Shown here in pieces: positions 61,301-64,000 of a stretch of 64,000 nt of DNA. The stretch is taken from contig NC_092344.1 in assembly GCF_963676685.1 (NCBI RefSeq), positions 107,632,001 to 107,696,000 of the forward strand. Direction: 5' to 3'. How positions within the stretch are numbered: the stretch's first letter is position 1; every line of letters starts with the position of its first letter. Position numbers and translations under genes: made by a program. The stretch comes from Mytilus edulis (Eukaryota). The notes beneath the pieces were generated by a model, which saw only the letters and a list, made by a program, of their open reading frames with translations, ran no database searches and was not told the origin of the DNA.

Positions 61301-64000
61301 TCATTTAAGATAATGGTGAGAAATAACGGTTTCCGTAAGGTAAACAACGTCACAATGGAGAACCCTCATGTTGTGTCGATCTATCTCCGTCGACATGGTT
61401 CTCCAGAAACACACACACCCATGTGTTCTGTTCCATCTTACACACTAGATGACGCCATGCTCGGTGGCATGATGTTCATGGACGGTAAGTAACCATCTTA
61501 TATTTACACATCAGATGACGCCATGATCAGGATATGATGTATGATGATGGTAAGTAATAATCTAAAACATAAGATGACGCCATGCTCGGTGGTTTGATGT
61601 TAAAAACATTTTTCAAAATTGGAGCAGCCAAATTATGGAGAATCATTCAAATAAAAAAAAAATGAAAAGCATCGATATATAAATACTTGTATACACAACA
61701 ACAGTCTCTTTACAATATTTCAAGCACATTAATCATTCGGAGTCATGAAAAAAAGGACCGAAAAAAATGAATTCAACAGTGACTGCTACGAATCTGAAGT
61801 CAATACGTCGAACTTACAAAATCATCACGATTTTATTGTAGACAACTCATCTATTACATAGTAGTCACATCGTAGTTTAAAACTTCATGCGAGTGAAATA
61901 ACATTATACACAAGGAAATACATGTACCAATTCAAGAATAATACAGTTGTTTTCATTCGCTTGATGTGTTTGAGCTTTTGATTTTACAATTTGATAAATG
62001 ACTTTCCGATTTGAATTTTCTTGGAGTTCGACATTTTTGTAATTTCACTTTTTAATTTACATTTTAGGAATAGAACCACATCATGCCCACGAGGTTGAAG
62101 AAGACAAAGACATGCCTATCTCTGTCAACTTTGATGAAGGCATATCTATCTGTGGTATGTTTGTAGACTAAAAGAATCCTAAAAATTTATGAATTTAGAT
62201 TATATGTTTAAAATCAAACATAATTTCATTTAGATAATTCTGTTAGTTATAGGTTCAAATATTGTAAGTGTTTAACAAAAGTTGTCATTAAATTTAAGCA
62301 AAGAAAGAAAAGAAGAAAAGATGCGGTAAAAAGAAGAAAAAAACAGAAAAAATATTGTATAATTATATGTAACATGTTAATACGGTGTTGGGGTGACAAA
62401 AAGAATAGGTATAAATATACAGAACTGTTCATAGTGATTTTTATTGTTTATTATTAAAGGTGATGCTGAATTAGTTATGATGTTGGATCCACTTGGTATG
62501 ATGAATGACAGCAACCCATGTAATAACTTTGCACGACTGTCAGTTTATGTTGACTGTAGCCATTTGAGTGAGTGTCTTATTCGAATTTGTAAACTGAATC
62601 ACTTGGTTTCAATCCAGCTTAAGATAATGATAGATAATAGATTCTGAACAATACTGTTTTTACAGATCAAATTACTCTAAACACCCAAGTCTTCTCAATG
62701 TTAACAGTTCAGACCTAACTCATTCATCTGTTGAGAAATTTCAAATCGAAATTGTTAGTTTCTTCAATTATTGATATAAACTACAAATTATTAAATCTTC
62801 TTTTTGTTTATTTTTGTCACTTTAGTGGCCAAAGACTTCTGTATGGTAGTTTCAAATGCAATGAAATCTGGATGGGAGGCTAATATGATATTTCAAGATA
62901 AACACAGTCATGAAATCAAGATGTACCACTATCAGGTAATTATATTCTAATGATGATGACGAAACATCCGAGTATGTTTGCTCCTCTGGTGTTGGAATTT
63001 TTGTTAGATATTCGGAATCCTCTGGTTTTATCCTAGTAGTTTTATGAAACATTTTGACCGCTTATCCCTACTTTTTTCATATATCAATACATACATTTTA
63101 AAAAGCCATATTTGAAGATCCTTATTAATTTTCATAGTTTTTAAATGAAAAAAGGGTAATAATAAATTGTACGAAAAATCCAGAGAATATATATTCTAAC
63201 CAAATTAGCCATGACTTATATTTAGAAAACAAGAACATGGACACTTCTTTTGTTCTGCTGTTCTAGTTTCGTTATATATGTATACTTTAAATTTTATGTC
63301 TTTTAGAAAGCTTGTTATTCTGAAAAAGAGTAGCAGAACATTAATTATTGCATTGAACAAAACCCAGAAAAAATCTTTATTGCATTGTTAATAACTTTCA
63401 TGTATATCACAACCATTCTATACAGATTAAGATAAAGGGAATTTGTTGAGATTTGTCGGTTCTAGTGTGAACTGAATAGAGGATTTTGCATCTGTAAATT
63501 CCTCAATACAATGAAGAAACGATGGAACGTGTAATACAAATCCTGAAATAATTTGTTAAAAAATCATGTAAGGTCCTTCGTTTCAATAACAGTGAATTAT
63601 GATTTTTAGGCAATGGACAGCTATTGGCAAGGTAGAGATTCTCATAACCATGACAACCACATCGAGCAGGTAGGATTGGCAAAATATGTCTTATTGAAGA
63701 AGAAGTTGTCAATGTTGTATATGAGGCATAATGACGGAAACTTTCCATGTAAAACAGTTATTCCAATGATGAAAAGACGAATGAAGATGGACAGAATTAT
63801 GGACTTTTCAGATTATACATTAGATTCCACAAGAATGAATACAATGCAAAACTTGAAAACGAGGCTTATGAACATGAATGCCATGGCAAATAATGACGAC
63901 CTGCGATACGAAATTGAAATGTTTGGAAATGATACTTTTGGGATTTCTAATGATATAATGAGAAGTCAAGTCCAAGGAATGGCAATGGGAATGCAAATAG
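53244..64000 (+). CDS. Uncharacterised secreted Met/His-rich protein with CARDB-like Ig-fold segment; runs off the window end
   Basis: Phase-consistent GT-AG exons 53244-53313 (signal-peptide-like MKTMDNVWRITLISLILPCGIWT), 55878-55963, 56276-56408, 59420-59497, 59997-60185, 60577-60692, 61310-61484, 62068-62154, 62460-62567, 62826-62935 and 63610-64000 (open). No in-frame stops. Confidence 0.8.
55060..55636 (-). repeat. Related retrozyme-like monomer (hammerhead 55088-55130), interrupted by a ~270-bp unrelated repeat (~55207-55475)
   Basis: Minus strand CGTCA-CTGATGA-GTCTTTTGTAGAC-GAAA-GGCGCG-TC-TGGCGT; the remainder aligns with the 355-bp unit (AGATTACCTTAGC, TGTGTTGAC, GTATCACCA). Confidence 0.75.
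56027..56240. repeat. Degenerate (TAC)n/(ATA/ATG)n trinucleotide microsatellite
   Basis: Directly visible low-complexity run. Confidence 0.9.
56546..58240 (+). repeat. Imperfect tandem duplication (~56546-57329 and ~57330-58240) of a composite repeat ending in (CAT)n
   Basis: Both copies start TTAGTTGACT.GTGATAGTCTTGT and end in CATC/CAT repeats; the first copy lacks ~140 bp present at ~57441-57582. Confidence 0.9.
58710..58753 (+). ncRNA. Minimal type I hammerhead ribozyme
   Basis: Stem I GCGTCA/TGGCGT, core CTGATGA, stem II GTCT-TATGT-AGAC, GAAA, palindromic CGCGCG in place of stem III, GTC cleavage triplet ending at 58747. Confidence 0.9.
59065..59108 (+). ncRNA. Minimal type I hammerhead ribozyme (second copy)
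   Basis: Identical to 58710-58753; predicted cleavage after 59102. Confidence 0.9.

Noticed and set aside
63426-63609. Possible exon after the TACAG acceptor at 63425
   Set aside because: Stops in all frames; the acceptor at 63609 gives a clean in-phase open frame.

Overview
AT-rich, intron-containing animal genomic DNA. The repeat families and the hammerhead tandem repeat suggest a bivalve, probably Mytilus-like (inference). Gene content in order: the 5' end of BSDC1 (- strand; coding exons 6226-6236 and 1860-2073); three intronless, divergent ANTP/NK-like homeobox genes with an unusual KWWFQNRRMK recognition helix (7623, 14056, 21456); ATP6V0B (V-ATPase c'' proteolipid, 7 exons, 23417-35093); an uncharacterised 4-exon coiled-coil protein ending in a CHORD-like Cys/His finger (40614-45915); and an uncharacterised secreted, Met/His-rich, CARDB-like multi-exon gene (53244 to the window end). 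A near-perfect 7400-bp tandem duplication (11106-25910, 5-bp AAATT junction) copies one homeobox gene, the ATP6V0B promoter and exon 1, and a CR1-like LINE. A 355-bp tandem repeat carrying minimal type I hammerhead ribozymes (retrozyme-like) lies in sense orientation inside an intron of the last gene. Mobile DNA is abundant: an Academ-like element containing a decayed Gypsy gag-pro region, Helentron/HINE-like elements, TTAA- and 5-bp-TSD MITEs, and 20-40 bp palindromic micro-insertions. All calls were made by eye, without database searches.
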